A stretch of 64,000 nucleotides of DNA from Nannocystales bacterium (GTDB taxonomy: Bacteria > Myxococcota_A > Polyangia > Nannocystales > Nannocystaceae): NCBI GenBank assembly GCA_050633305.1, contig JBOEGF010000018.1:192001-256000 (forward strand), written 5' to 3'. Position 1 is the stretch's first letter. Every line of letters begins with the position of its first letter. Shown piece by piece: positions 19,413-29,000 of this stretch. Made by a program: the position numbers and the translations under genes. The notes under the pieces were generated by a model, which did no database searches, was not told the origin of the DNA, and worked only from the letters and a program-made list of their open reading frames with translations.

Positions 19413-20192
19413 ATGACCGAAGGCGTAACTCCGGCTCCGCTGCCGCGCCACGTGGGCATCATTATGGACGGCAACGGCCGTTGGGCACGTGCTCAGGGCT
19501 TGCCGCGGGAAGAGGGCCACGAGCGTGGCTCCGACTCCGTGCGCACTGTCGTCCGTGCCGCTCGTCGCATCGGGATTCCCGCCCTGACCCTGTTCGCGTT
19601 CTCTTCGCAGAACTGGGATCGACCCCCCGAGGAGGTGTTTCGCCTCATGGAGCTGCTGAGGCGGTTCCTGATTCAGGAGCGGGACGAGATCCTCGACAAC
19701 GGTATTCGCCTGATCACGGTCGGCGACACCGAACGGCTGCCGCCGCACGTTCGCGATCCTCTGGTCGAACTGATGGCCGCCTCGGCCAACAACGAGGGCA
19801 TGGTGTTGTGCCTCGCGCTCAGCTACGGCGGCCGCGAGATGATCGCCCGGGCGTGCCAGGAGATGTGCCAAGCCGCGGTGGCGGGCACGCTCGATCCGTC
19901 CGATGTCTCGGTGGAGACCGTCGAGTCCTACCTGCCGTCCTCCAAGCTGCTGCCTCAGCTCGATCTGCTGATTCGCACCAGCGGCGAGCATCGGATCTCC
20001 AACTTCTTCCTGTGGGAGACCGCGTACGCGGAACTCCACTTCACGGAGAAGATGTGGCCCGAGTTCGCCGAGGAGGACCTGCTCACGGCCCTGCATGATT
20101 TCGCCAGCCGCGAACGCCGGTTCGGTCGAACCTCCGAGCAGGTCGAGGATGCGGCCCCCGCCGGTGGCCGTTCGGCAGCCGGGATGGACTGA
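19413..20192 (+). CDS. uppS: Undecaprenyl diphosphate synthase
   Basis: PRHVGIIMDGNGRWA, FAFSSQNWDRP, ALSYGGR, DLLIRTSGEHRISNFFLW and RERRFG motifs; start ATG 19413. Confidence 0.96.
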   Translation: MTEGVTPAPLPRHVGIIMDGNGRWARAQGLPREEGHERGSDSVRTVVRAARRIGIPALTLFAFSSQNWDRPPEEVFRLMELLRRFLIQERDEILDNGIRLITVGDTERLPPHVRDPLVELMAASANNEGMVLCLALSYGGREMIARACQEMCQAAVAGTLDPSDVSVETVESYLPSSKLLPQLDLLIRTSGEHRISNFFLWETAYAELHFTEKMWPEFAEEDLLTALHDFASRERRFGRTSEQVEDAAPAGGRSAAGMD

Positions 20193-20197
20193 CGCGA

Positions 20198-21019
20198 GTG
20201 GGAGAGACGCTCAAGCGCCTGTTGACGGCTGCCGTTCTGGTGCCGTTCGTCCTCCTCGCGATCTTCGTGGATCCCACCAGCTACGGGGTCCTCGTGCTCG
20301 CTGTGATCTTCGGCGTTGGTGCGCAGGATGAGTTCATCCGGATGGCGCTTCCGGTCTCCGAAGAGGACCCTGCGATTCGCATCCGTGTCGCATCGGCGTT
20401 GCTCGGGACCGCCGTCGTCGTGTTGCCGTCGCTGTACACGCCCGGCGTCGCACTGCCGCCGATGTTGGCGCTGTCCGTGTTGGCGCTTGGGATGGTGGTG
20501 CTCTCTCGACGCGTCCAGCTGCCGAACGCGGGACGCCATTTCGCCGTGACGCTGGCCGGGCTGCTCTATGCGCCGGCGCTGATGTCGGTGCTGCCGCTGC
20601 TCAAGGACTCTGGTCGCCCTGAGTGGCTGACCGTCGTGCTGTGCATGGCGTTCTTTTCCGACACGGTGGCCTACTTCTTTGGGCGAGCGTTCGGCAAGCA
20701 CAAGCTCTACCCCGCAGTGAGCCCTGCCAAGAGTTGGGAAGGCGCGTTCGGAGGCGTTCTCGGCTCGTGCCTCGCGACGGCCGGAGTGGGTTCGATGTGG
20801 CTGCTCCCCGACTTGCCCATCGCTCACGCGATCCCTCTGGGAGTCTTCGGCAGCGTTGCGGGCCAGACCGGCGACCTCGTCGAGTCCATGCTCAAGCGAA
20901 CGTTCGGGGTGAAGGACTCTGGGACGATCCTTCCCGGGCACGGCGGTCTGCTCGACCGCGTGGATGCGCTGCTGTTTGTCGCCCCGGTGACGTACTACTA
21001 CGTCACCCTCATCGGCTGA
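20198..21019 (+). CDS. cdsA: Phosphatidate cytidylyltransferase
   Basis: SDTVAYFFGRAFGKHKLYPAVSPAKSWEG and GDLVESMLKRTFGVKDSGTILPGHGGLLDRVD motifs. Confidence 0.96.
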   Translation: MGETLKRLLTAAVLVPFVLLAIFVDPTSYGVLVLAVIFGVGAQDEFIRMALPVSEEDPAIRIRVASALLGTAVVVLPSLYTPGVALPPMLALSVLALGMVVLSRRVQLPNAGRHFAVTLAGLLYAPALMSVLPLLKDSGRPEWLTVVLCMAFFSDTVAYFFGRAFGKHKLYPAVSPAKSWEGAFGGVLGSCLATAGVGSMWLLPDLPIAHAIPLGVFGSVAGQTGDLVESMLKRTFGVKDSGTILPGHGGLLDRVDALLFVAPVTYYYVTLIG

Positions 21020-21106
21020 GCGTCACGCTGGCGAGTCGCCCCGGAGCGCTTCGCAAAGCTTCGGAGATTGGGCAGCCCGAACTCGGCCGCCCCTCGACAC
21101 CAAACG

Positions 21107-21349
21107 TCAGTCGCTGGCGGGGGGAAGGGCCTTTTGGTCGTTCTTCTTCACGGCGTAGTAGATGCCCGCACCGACCCCGCCCACCAGGAGCAGCGGCCAT
21201 GCAGCAGCGACCAGGGCTGCGGTTCCCCAGCCAGCTGCGCCCGTGACGGCAGCAGCAGCGGCGGACTTGCCCGAGGAGGCTTTCTTTTGAGATTTGGCGT
21301 ACCAGTACGTTCCGGCGGCCACGCCTGCGCCGATGAGGAGTGCAAACAT
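21107..21349 (-). CDS. Small Ala/Gly-rich membrane protein (80 aa)
   Basis: MFALLIGAGVAAGTYWYAK...WPLLLVGGVGAGIYYAVKKNDQKALPPASD; hydrophobic segments; TATACT 15 nt upstream. Confidence 0.65.
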   Translation of the reverse strand: MFALLIGAGVAAGTYWYAKSQKKASSGKSAAAAAVTGAAGWGTAALVAAAWPLLLVGGVGAGIYYAVKKNDQKALPPASD

Positions 21350-21449
21350 GAGGGTTCTGCGCCGAGTATAGGCCGAATCCAACGTCGTGCTCGCCAAGGA
21401 CTCGGCGCGGGGTGGACGCGGATAGGGCCTCGGGCCATACTCCCTCGCC

Positions 21450-22694
21450 TTGTCCGACCCGAACAAACCCCTGGACGCGACTGAAGAGACCTCGCGAGCG
21501 CCGGTCACTGCGCCTGGGGCCTCTCCTGCGGCGACCCACGCCGAAGAGTCCGCGCGCGGCGCGTCCGAGTCGAACGAGGAAGCCCCTGTGCCCAACAAGC
21601 GTCGTCGACGTCGTCGAAGGGGTGGCCGCAACAAGAAGCCTCCCGCGGATGGTGTCGCGGCTGGGGCAGCCACAGCCACGGCTTCCTCCGCCCCCGCCCC
21701 CGCCCCCGCGCTCGACCCCGGCATCGCAGCCCTGGCCGGAGGTCTGCTCAGTCACATCGACGACCGAGATGTTCCGTGCAGCAACGACGGCTGCAACAAC
21801 GTGTGGCAGTGGTCTGCCGCGGAGCAGATCGCTGCATACGGTCAGCCTCCTCCGCGGCGCGAATGTGCTCGATGCACGAGCACTTCGGCATCTGAGATTC
21901 GGTGCTCCGTCGACGGGTGTCGGCGGACGTGGAGCTGGAGCCGCGACGCGCAGATCAAGCATCGCTCGTGGAACAAGCGTCGTGGAGATGAGCGCGGCGG
22001 TGGGGGTCGGAAACGTCGGCGCCGAGGCGACGGGCCACCCCGCCGGAAATGCGATCCTTGCCAAGCCAAGCTCGCCAAGCTCAGCGAGCGGCCCTCGTCG
22101 TGCAAGGTCCACGGGTGCACCCGGCCGGTGTTGATCGATCGGGACGTGCAGCTACGAGCTTGGGCAGCATCGGGGAACCCCGACCCGGACTTCGATGCCG
22201 CCTTGCCCAAGCAAATGTGCGAGGTGTGTCGTGAGTTCTGCCGAACCCATGACGACCGCGCCGTCGCGTGCGGTCGCCCCGACTGCGAAAAGAGTTGGAC
22301 CTACAAACGCGGCGCGCAGTTGCAGGCGTTTCTTGCGGGACGGTTCGAGGACCCAATCCGCCTTTGCGAACGATGCGAAAGCGAAACGCGTAAGGCTGCC
22401 CACGGTTCCAGTGCTCCTGCGAACGTGGAGGTCATGCCGTGCATCGTTCCCGGTTGTGACGGTGTTTGGCATTTCCGAGCCGGTCAGAAGATCCCTAGCT
22501 GCCAAGACGGGGAACAGCCGGTGCAGCGCATGTGCGACGAGCATCGCAAAGCCAACGGTGCCGAGCCGCGGATGAAGTCGGCGAAGGGTCACACTGCCCC
22601 AAGCGAGAGCGAGCTCGAGGCGCCCGCAGAGCCCGATGAACAACGTCCCGAATCGGATCCCCAAATCACGTCCGCAAGCGAGCCGATTTCTTGA
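21450..22694 (+). CDS. Cys-rich protein with five tandem putative zinc-ribbon repeats and Arg-rich tracts
   Basis: Five units of C-x4-C...Q...C-x2-C/H; NKRRRRRRRGGRNKK and GRKRRRRG tracts; TTG start. Confidence 0.8.
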   Translation: MSDPNKPLDATEETSRAPVTAPGASPAATHAEESARGASESNEEAPVPNKRRRRRRRGGRNKKPPADGVAAGAATATASSAPAPAPALDPGIAALAGGLLSHIDDRDVPCSNDGCNNVWQWSAAEQIAAYGQPPPRRECARCTSTSASEIRCSVDGCRRTWSWSRDAQIKHRSWNKRRGDERGGGGRKRRRRGDGPPRRKCDPCQAKLAKLSERPSSCKVHGCTRPVLIDRDVQLRAWAASGNPDPDFDAALPKQMCEVCREFCRTHDDRAVACGRPDCEKSWTYKRGAQLQAFLAGRFEDPIRLCERCESETRKAAHGSSAPANVEVMPCIVPGCDGVWHFRAGQKIPSCQDGEQPVQRMCDEHRKANGAEPRMKSAKGHTAPSESELEAPAEPDEQRPESDPQITSASEPIS

Positions 22695-22808
22695 CCCGCA
22701 CGGTGAGACCTGCGACGGTGGCCTCGCGCACGTAACCCCGGCTCTTCCCAACGCTCTTCTCCCGGCTCTCTCCGACTTCTCCTGCGACTGCGTGCGCACA
22801 AGTTCCAG

Positions 22809-22846
22809 ACGGCGTCTCGTTTCATACGAGACGCCGTTTTTGTTTT
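22809..22846 (+). terminator. Intrinsic terminator
   Basis: Perfect 12-bp stem ACGGCGTCTCGT-ttcat-ACGAGACGCCGT followed by TTTTGTTTT. Confidence 0.88.
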
Positions 22847-22959
22847 GGTTCTCGTTGTGGCCGGGGAAGGATGGCGCTTCGTGGGTGGGTGCGCCCGCGG
22901 ATGCGTCACGTCGGCCGGCTGCTGGGCCAGCTGGGTGCGACGTGTCCGACCGACAGCCC

Positions 22960-25900
22960 CTAGAATCCCGGATGCCAGATGTAGCGGGGTTCGTTGCTCA
23001 GGGCTCGGCTGGCCAGCATGCCGGATTGAGTCGAGGCTTCGACGCATCCGCAGTTGAGGTCCGTGCGGGTCCAGTCGCCGCACAGGACGAGTCCTTGCAC
23101 CCAAGATTCGGTCTGCCCAAGTCGCAGGCCGATGGCGTTGGGCTGGGAGAGTACGTAGTGGTCCGAGGGGTGAGACGAGATGTTGAAATACTGGGCGTCG
23201 AGGCGGCCCTGTCCTTCGACACCATCGGGGGCCGCAAGGTTTGACAACATGTCCTCATAGGACGGGATGCTGTCGAAGATGCCGCGGTAGTGTTCCTGCA
23301 GCCACCCACCGAACTCGCTCCTCCACTGGTCCGACTCCGTTGTTGGGTAGTTTGGGCGCGCGTTGGGGTAACCCTGGGCGGTGGTGATCGCTGTCAAACT
23401 GCCCGTGTGGTACGAGAGACTCTTGGGGCCGCCGTCGGTCTTGCCCCACGGCTCCCACTGCAGCAGGTGCGTGAAGTCGCCCAGGCTCGGCTCGGGCAAG
23501 GCATACGACGTGAGCATGCCGTAGGGGTTGGTCGTGAGCTGGTCCATCGGCTGCTGGAACCACAGCTGCGCCGAAATTGTCCGGATCACCTTCATCCCGT
23601 CGACCATGCTCCGCCACTGCGGTGCGTGAGACGGGGATGAACTCTCCGTGAGCTGCTTGGCAATCGCGGGGAAGACGGAGACAGGGATTCCCAGGATGCA
23701 GTGGTCGAAGTCCTTCCCCAACTCGAGAAGCTTCTCTCCCACGCCCTCCCAGCCCGACCAGGGGCTCTCCAGGTTGATGCCCCGGTCCCGAAGTGCCTGC
23801 CCCTGGCTGAGCTTGTCGTAGCGGGGTTCGGTGGGCCACGACGGCAGCGAAGGCGGGTTTCCGGGGATCCGTACGAAGGGGTCGTAGGGCGTTCCGTCCT
23901 CGGTGGTGGCCTGGACCTGCATCTTGACCCCGGCCAGTCGTCGCTCGTCGCCGGTGCCTTCGACGACGAGGTCGGTGACCTGGTGGAAGAAGTGAACCTT
24001 GGCGCCGAACCTCTGCAGAGCGAGGTAGTACGGCGTGATCATGGTCTGCGGACAGCTGTACTTGAAGAAGTAGGCCGGGTATCCCTTGTACAGAAAGCTG
24101 ACCAAGACGAACCACCTCAGGCCTACCCCTGCGGCGAGTTGGTCGGGGGTCGCGGTCTCGCCATGGGCAAAGAGGGTCTCGTAGACCTGTGTGATGGCGG
24201 CCGCGTCCCGGTTTCGTTCGTCCAGTCCGTTGTCCAGGAGCCATTGTCGGAAGTCGTGGCCGTCGAGCGCATCGAAGTGGACCGTCTTGGCGTGGATGAG
24301 GCCAACGAGTGCAGTGAGGAGGATGTCGAGGCCCTGCCAGACGAAGTAGACCTCGGGCTCGTCCTCCATGAAGTCTTCGAGGACCGTCTTGAGTGCGGAT
24401 CGAACCATCTCCAGGACGCTGGCGATGATCCTGAACAGCAGGGTTCCGCGCTCGATCTGGTCGGCGATCGCATCGACCGCCAGCCGCTCGACGTACGAGA
24501 CGAGTTCGTCCAAGCCGTTGCGGAGCTCCTTGGTCTCCAGGTCGACGAAGTCCTTCACATCGGCGGCGATGCGCTCCCACAGGTTGGGCTCCTTCTCGGC
24601 CTCAAAGCGGGCCTCCTCGGCGCGGTTGTGCCGAAGCAGGACCTCGGTGTCCTGCACGACGCGGCGCAATGCGCTGGACACGAAGTTCCCCAGGTTCGGC
24701 TCGGGGTCCTCGCCTCCCTCGGGAACCTCGCCTGGAATCTTGCCGTTGAACTCCTGCGGTGTGGCGAAGTATCGCCACTCATCCTTCCACTTCTGGAAGA
24801 CGCCGACGTCCTCACAGCCGATGAACGCGCCTGCGACCGGTCCTTGGCCTTCGTTGTAGTTGTACGGGGCTTGTCCGACCTCGATCTGGAGTCCAGCGTC
24901 CTCCCACGCCTCTCGCATGGTTCGAAAGCCGTTCTCGTAGAAGCCGACGAACGCGTGCAGTCCATGCTCCTCGATCCGGTCGTCCTTGGTGGTGTTGCGC
25001 CCGGCCGCGCACTTTCCCCCGAGGCGCCAGCCGACGGAGTAGACCTCGACCTCGTAGCGGTCGACTTGGCGGGCGAGATAGTACGCGGCGGCGAGGGCTG
25101 AGGGCCCGCCCCCCAAAACCACGACCTTCTCTTTGCGCGGTGGGCTGGGGCTGTGGAAGCGCGCGTCTGCACAAGAACCAGGGAGCGAAACGACCTGGTT
25201 GCAGCGCAGGCGGAAGGCTCCGAGGACCTCAGTATCGAGGCTTGGGACCGCGATGGGGCCAGGGGGCAAGCCTGGCGGTGTGAGGGCGGTCGTGAACTCG
25301 ACGGTCGCGGTCAGTGGCTGAACGGTCGCGGTCGCGTCGCTGAAGTCGTAACAAACCGTGCACGCCAGGAATGGGCTGACAAAGTCCCGCTCGTCGAAGG
25401 CTTCGTCGTCGACGATCCGCAACGCCTGCGAGATCGTCGGCATCTCGAACAACTTGCGGACCGATTGAAACAGTGGGAGCGAGGATGGGGGTTGTGGCGT
25501 CCCAGCTTCGGCGAACGTCGCACTCGCGATGAGTTGGTCGTTGTCTCGGTTGCGGACCGTGTAGCTGTCAGGTCCGTTGGCGATGTTTCCCAGCTCCTTC
25601 TCGAAGCCGTACAGCAGGTTGCCCAAGCGCCGAGGAAGGTCTTCGTCGAGGTACAGCCGGGGCATGTAGACGAACGGCCCGCGGTTGGCCACATGCAGGG
25701 CGGTGCGCTGTACGTAGGGCACCGCCACCATGAGTTCGTTGTAGTCCATCTCGCCGAACCACGCCTCGAAGTGGTCGTGCGAGAACATGACGAACACCGG
25801 GTGTTTGTCGGGGAACGTCAGCGTTTGCGGGGCGAGCTCGAGGCCCAGCGGGAGGAGCTTTTCGACCCGCTCACGGGGCAGGCCCAGCACGACGATGCGG

Positions 25901-26076
25901 GAGTCGAGCGTTCCCACGCCCTCCGAAGGGGAGTTCTCGCCGCGGCTGACATGCTCATCGTCGAGTCCGGCGTTGCGAGCCAGCTCCCGGAGCGCATCCG
26001 GGCTCCGACCCTTCGCGATGCTGTGTGCGGCACGTTCAAGGTCGGATGCTGGGCTTCGCGTGGGGCGGTGGGTCAT
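22960..26076 (-). CDS. Fusion of acetoacetate-decarboxylase-like domain and FAD/NAD(P)-binding oxidoreductase (amine oxidase/carotene desaturase-like)
   Basis: N-terminal part: YNELMVAVP, YMPRLYLD, GNLLYGFEKELG (ADC-type Schiff-base Lys motif). C-terminal part: KVVVLGGGPSALAAA, WRLGGK, EHGLHAFVGFYEN, LCGDWT...GCVEASTQSG. Confidence 0.82.
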   Translation of the reverse strand: MTHRPTRSPASDLERAAHSIAKGRSPDALRELARNAGLDDEHVSRGENSPSEGVGTLDSRIVVLGLPRERVEKLLPLGLELAPQTLTFPDKHPVFVMFSHDHFEAWFGEMDYNELMVAVPYVQRTALHVANRGPFVYMPRLYLDEDLPRRLGNLLYGFEKELGNIANGPDSYTVRNRDNDQLIASATFAEAGTPQPPSSLPLFQSVRKLFEMPTISQALRIVDDEAFDERDFVSPFLACTVCYDFSDATATVQPLTATVEFTTALTPPGLPPGPIAVPSLDTEVLGAFRLRCNQVVSLPGSCADARFHSPSPPRKEKVVVLGGGPSALAAAYYLARQVDRYEVEVYSVGWRLGGKCAAGRNTTKDDRIEEHGLHAFVGFYENGFRTMREAWEDAGLQIEVGQAPYNYNEGQGPVAGAFIGCEDVGVFQKWKDEWRYFATPQEFNGKIPGEVPEGGEDPEPNLGNFVSSALRRVVQDTEVLLRHNRAEEARFEAEKEPNLWERIAADVKDFVDLETKELRNGLDELVSYVERLAVDAIADQIERGTLLFRIIASVLEMVRSALKTVLEDFMEDEPEVYFVWQGLDILLTALVGLIHAKTVHFDALDGHDFRQWLLDNGLDERNRDAAAITQVYETLFAHGETATPDQLAAGVGLRWFVLVSFLYKGYPAYFFKYSCPQTMITPYYLALQRFGAKVHFFHQVTDLVVEGTGDERRLAGVKMQVQATTEDGTPYDPFVRIPGNPPSLPSWPTEPRYDKLSQGQALRDRGINLESPWSGWEGVGEKLLELGKDFDHCILGIPVSVFPAIAKQLTESSSPSHAPQWRSMVDGMKVIRTISAQLWFQQPMDQLTTNPYGMLTSYALPEPSLGDFTHLLQWEPWGKTDGGPKSLSYHTGSLTAITTAQGYPNARPNYPTTESDQWRSEFGGWLQEHYRGIFDSIPSYEDMLSNLAAPDGVEGQGRLDAQYFNISSHPSDHYVLSQPNAIGLRLGQTESWVQGLVLCGDWTRTDLNCGCVEASTQSGMLASRALSNEPRYIWHPGF

Positions 26077-26087
26077 GAGGTCCTGCG

Positions 26088-29000
26088 TTAGGCCAGCGTC
26101 TCCGCACAGCCCGGTGAGATCATCTCGAAGAGTCGCTGTGGGGCAGCGATGGATTCGGTTTCAATGTAGTCGCGTGCTTGGGTTCGGAGTTCGTCGCTCT
26201 CGCTCCCGCCAACGAGGTGGGCGAGTCGCATGCGTGAGACCGCGGAGAAGCTTCCCATCTTGTGGGCGTCGAAGTCGTCGACGGCTTGTCGGAAGTGCTT
26301 GACCGCAGCGTCTTGGTCTCCCTGTTGCTCGAACACGTTGCCCAGTGTCAGGTGCCCGTAGGCATGCTGGTGGCGGGTCGGGAGCGAAGAAACCATCTTG
26401 CGGCCGTGCTCGGCGGCAAGTTTGAGGAACGCAGACGTTTCGGAGCGTTTGCGAAGGGCCATCGCAAGCGCGTTCTGACAGAGCCAAAACTGGTGCTCGG
26501 CGCGTGAGAAGGGCGAGCGCTGGATGTCGAACTTCTCGATCTCGGGCCGTCGCGCCTCGACCAGGCGCCACGCCGCTTCGACGTTGCCCTGGTACCGAAG
26601 CAACGCTGTGGTCTGCGAGACGTAGTTCTGAATGTGCGCCTGGAACCCCCACGGCGCTTCCTCGCGGTACAGCAAGAGCTGTTCTTCGGCCTCGTCGACG
26701 CGGTCGGCAGCAAGGTAGACAAGGTGCCCCAGAAGCCCGCGGGCGAATCCTTGGGAGTAGGTGTGTGCGAGCTGGACGGAGTTGCGGAGCAGTTCGTGGG
26801 CTCGGGGCGCGAGTTCCTGGGCACGTCCCATGAACTGAATGCACAGCGCCGCGTGGCTCTCGCAGAAGCCCACCTCGGGCGCGGTCCCGGTCGTCTGTTC
26901 GATGAAGGTGGTCTTGGCCTCGTCGAGGGTGCGTTGGGCTTGCTCCCACTCGCCGAGGAACAGGTGCACGTGGCCGCGGGCCTGCAAGACCATCCCGCGC
27001 GCGTACGGGCTGGCGGCGGCCTCGGCGAGTTGATCTGCGTGGTCCAGAAGGTCGAAGCAGCGCTCTCGTTTGGCGACGGGCTTCATCGAGGCGGTGAGGT
27101 GGGCCTCGAACCCCAGTGAGCGGGCGAGCTGCGTCGGGTCGCCCGTCTTGAGCGACCAGCGAAGGTGTTGCGCGTGGAAACCTGCGCCAAGGAGTCCGTC
27201 CGTGTAAATGAGGCCGCGTGCGGCCGTCCACAGTGCGTCCATCTTGGAGCGTAGCTCCGGGTCGATGCTGTCCTCGGACTTTGCGTCGACCTTGAAGGAC
27301 TTGATCGACAGCGCAGCACGGTGCCAGAGCACGGAGCGAATGGCGTGTCCGCGACTCTGAGGAAGCACCACGTCGTGGGCGCCGAGCACTTCCTTGAGCA
27401 CGACGCGGCCCTCGCGGGAGTGGCCACTGGTGAGCAGCAGTTCTGCGGCGGCCTGGAGCAGGGGCGGGCGTCGGTCCTCGGTGAGCTGGTCAGCGGCGGA
27501 GAGGAAGACCTTTGCCGCTTCGTACTGACGGCCGGCGCTTGCGAGTGCTCGGGCGTATCGGGCCTCGAGGTCTCCGCGTTCTTCGTCCGGCACCACGCCG
27601 ATATCGAGTGCGGCTTGATACAGCTCTGCCGCGCGGTCGAAGGCCAGGGCTTCGGCAGCCTGGTCCGCCGCGGCGATGGTGTGCTTGGATGCGAGAGCAG
27701 GCGCACCGCCGCGCCGGAAGTGGTGGCTCAGCGCGGCTGCGTCGGGCTCATGACTCTCGGCGAGCGCGTGTGCGATCCGCAGGTGCAGGTCCCGGGCATG
27801 GCGCGCATCAAGGCCACGCAACACGGTCTCTCGGATCCGGTCGTGATAGATCTCGACGATGGGGGTATCCCCAGGACCCTCGGTGCGGACGAGGGTCTCG
27901 GCGCGGAGGTCGGCGAGCGCGTCTTGGCTTGACGCTTCCACCTGAGCGAGGCGCGTCGCGAGCTCCATCGGCATCCGCCCCCCGGCCACCGACACGATCG
28001 CAAGCATGCGGCGTGCGGCAGCGGAGAGCAGTTCCAGGCGGTGGCGAATGACATCGTCCAGACTCACCGCGGAGTCGGTCGCCGACAGGTCTTCGCCGCG
28101 GTGGGTCCGCTGAGCATGCCGGACCAGCTGCGCGACAAAGAAGGGGGAGCCCTCTGCCTCGCGAGCGACCTCGGATGCGAGCGTCTGATGCACGGGCGAG
28201 TCCTCGCCAAGCATACGCAGTGCGAGACCCTTGGCCTCCTCCAGGCCCATCGGGCCCAGCCGCATGGCGCGGAGGTCGATCGCCGGCTCGATGGCGTGAA
28301 GTTCGGCGATGAATCGACCCAGGATCTGTGTGCGCTCCGGTGCGGCTTCTCGAAAGCTGCACACGAGCATCAACGGTGGAGCGTCCACGTGGTGCAGGAC
28401 GGATTCCAGCACCACGAGGCTGTCGAGGTCGGACCACTGAAGGTCATCGATGTAGACGACCAGAGGGCGTCGGTCCGCGATGCGACCGAGCAGCTCGCGG
28501 AGGGACTCGATGCCGCGGCGCCGCGCCTCCTGCGGCATGACATCCGGAAGCACATGCAGCGGGGCAATCGCGACGGCGGGAACGCTGAGCAACACCGGAA
28601 ACAACCGGGCCAGCGCGGAGATGTTGCGCGGCAGAAGAGCCTGGGCTTCGGTCGAGGTCGGGAGCGTCCGCAAGAACGCGCTGACCATGTCCATGACGGA
28701 ATCCAGCGCCTTGTAGGGGATCGACTCTCGCTCGGAGCACTTGCCCGCGAGCACCAACGCGCCGCGATTCCGACCGACTTTTCGAAGGAACTGATCGACG
28801 AGGGCGCTTTTGCCGATGCCGGACACCCCCTCGAGCGTGACGACGACGGGGCGTCCCTTCCGGGTCGCGGCGAACGCTCGGTGGAGCCCGCGGAGTTCGT
28901 TCTCCCGGCCCAAGAAGAGGTTAGCGTTGCTCCGTTCGTCCGGGGTCTCCGCGCGCTCGTGGCTGCCCAGCCGCGCCAGGATCTCGTCGCCGCTGGGCCG

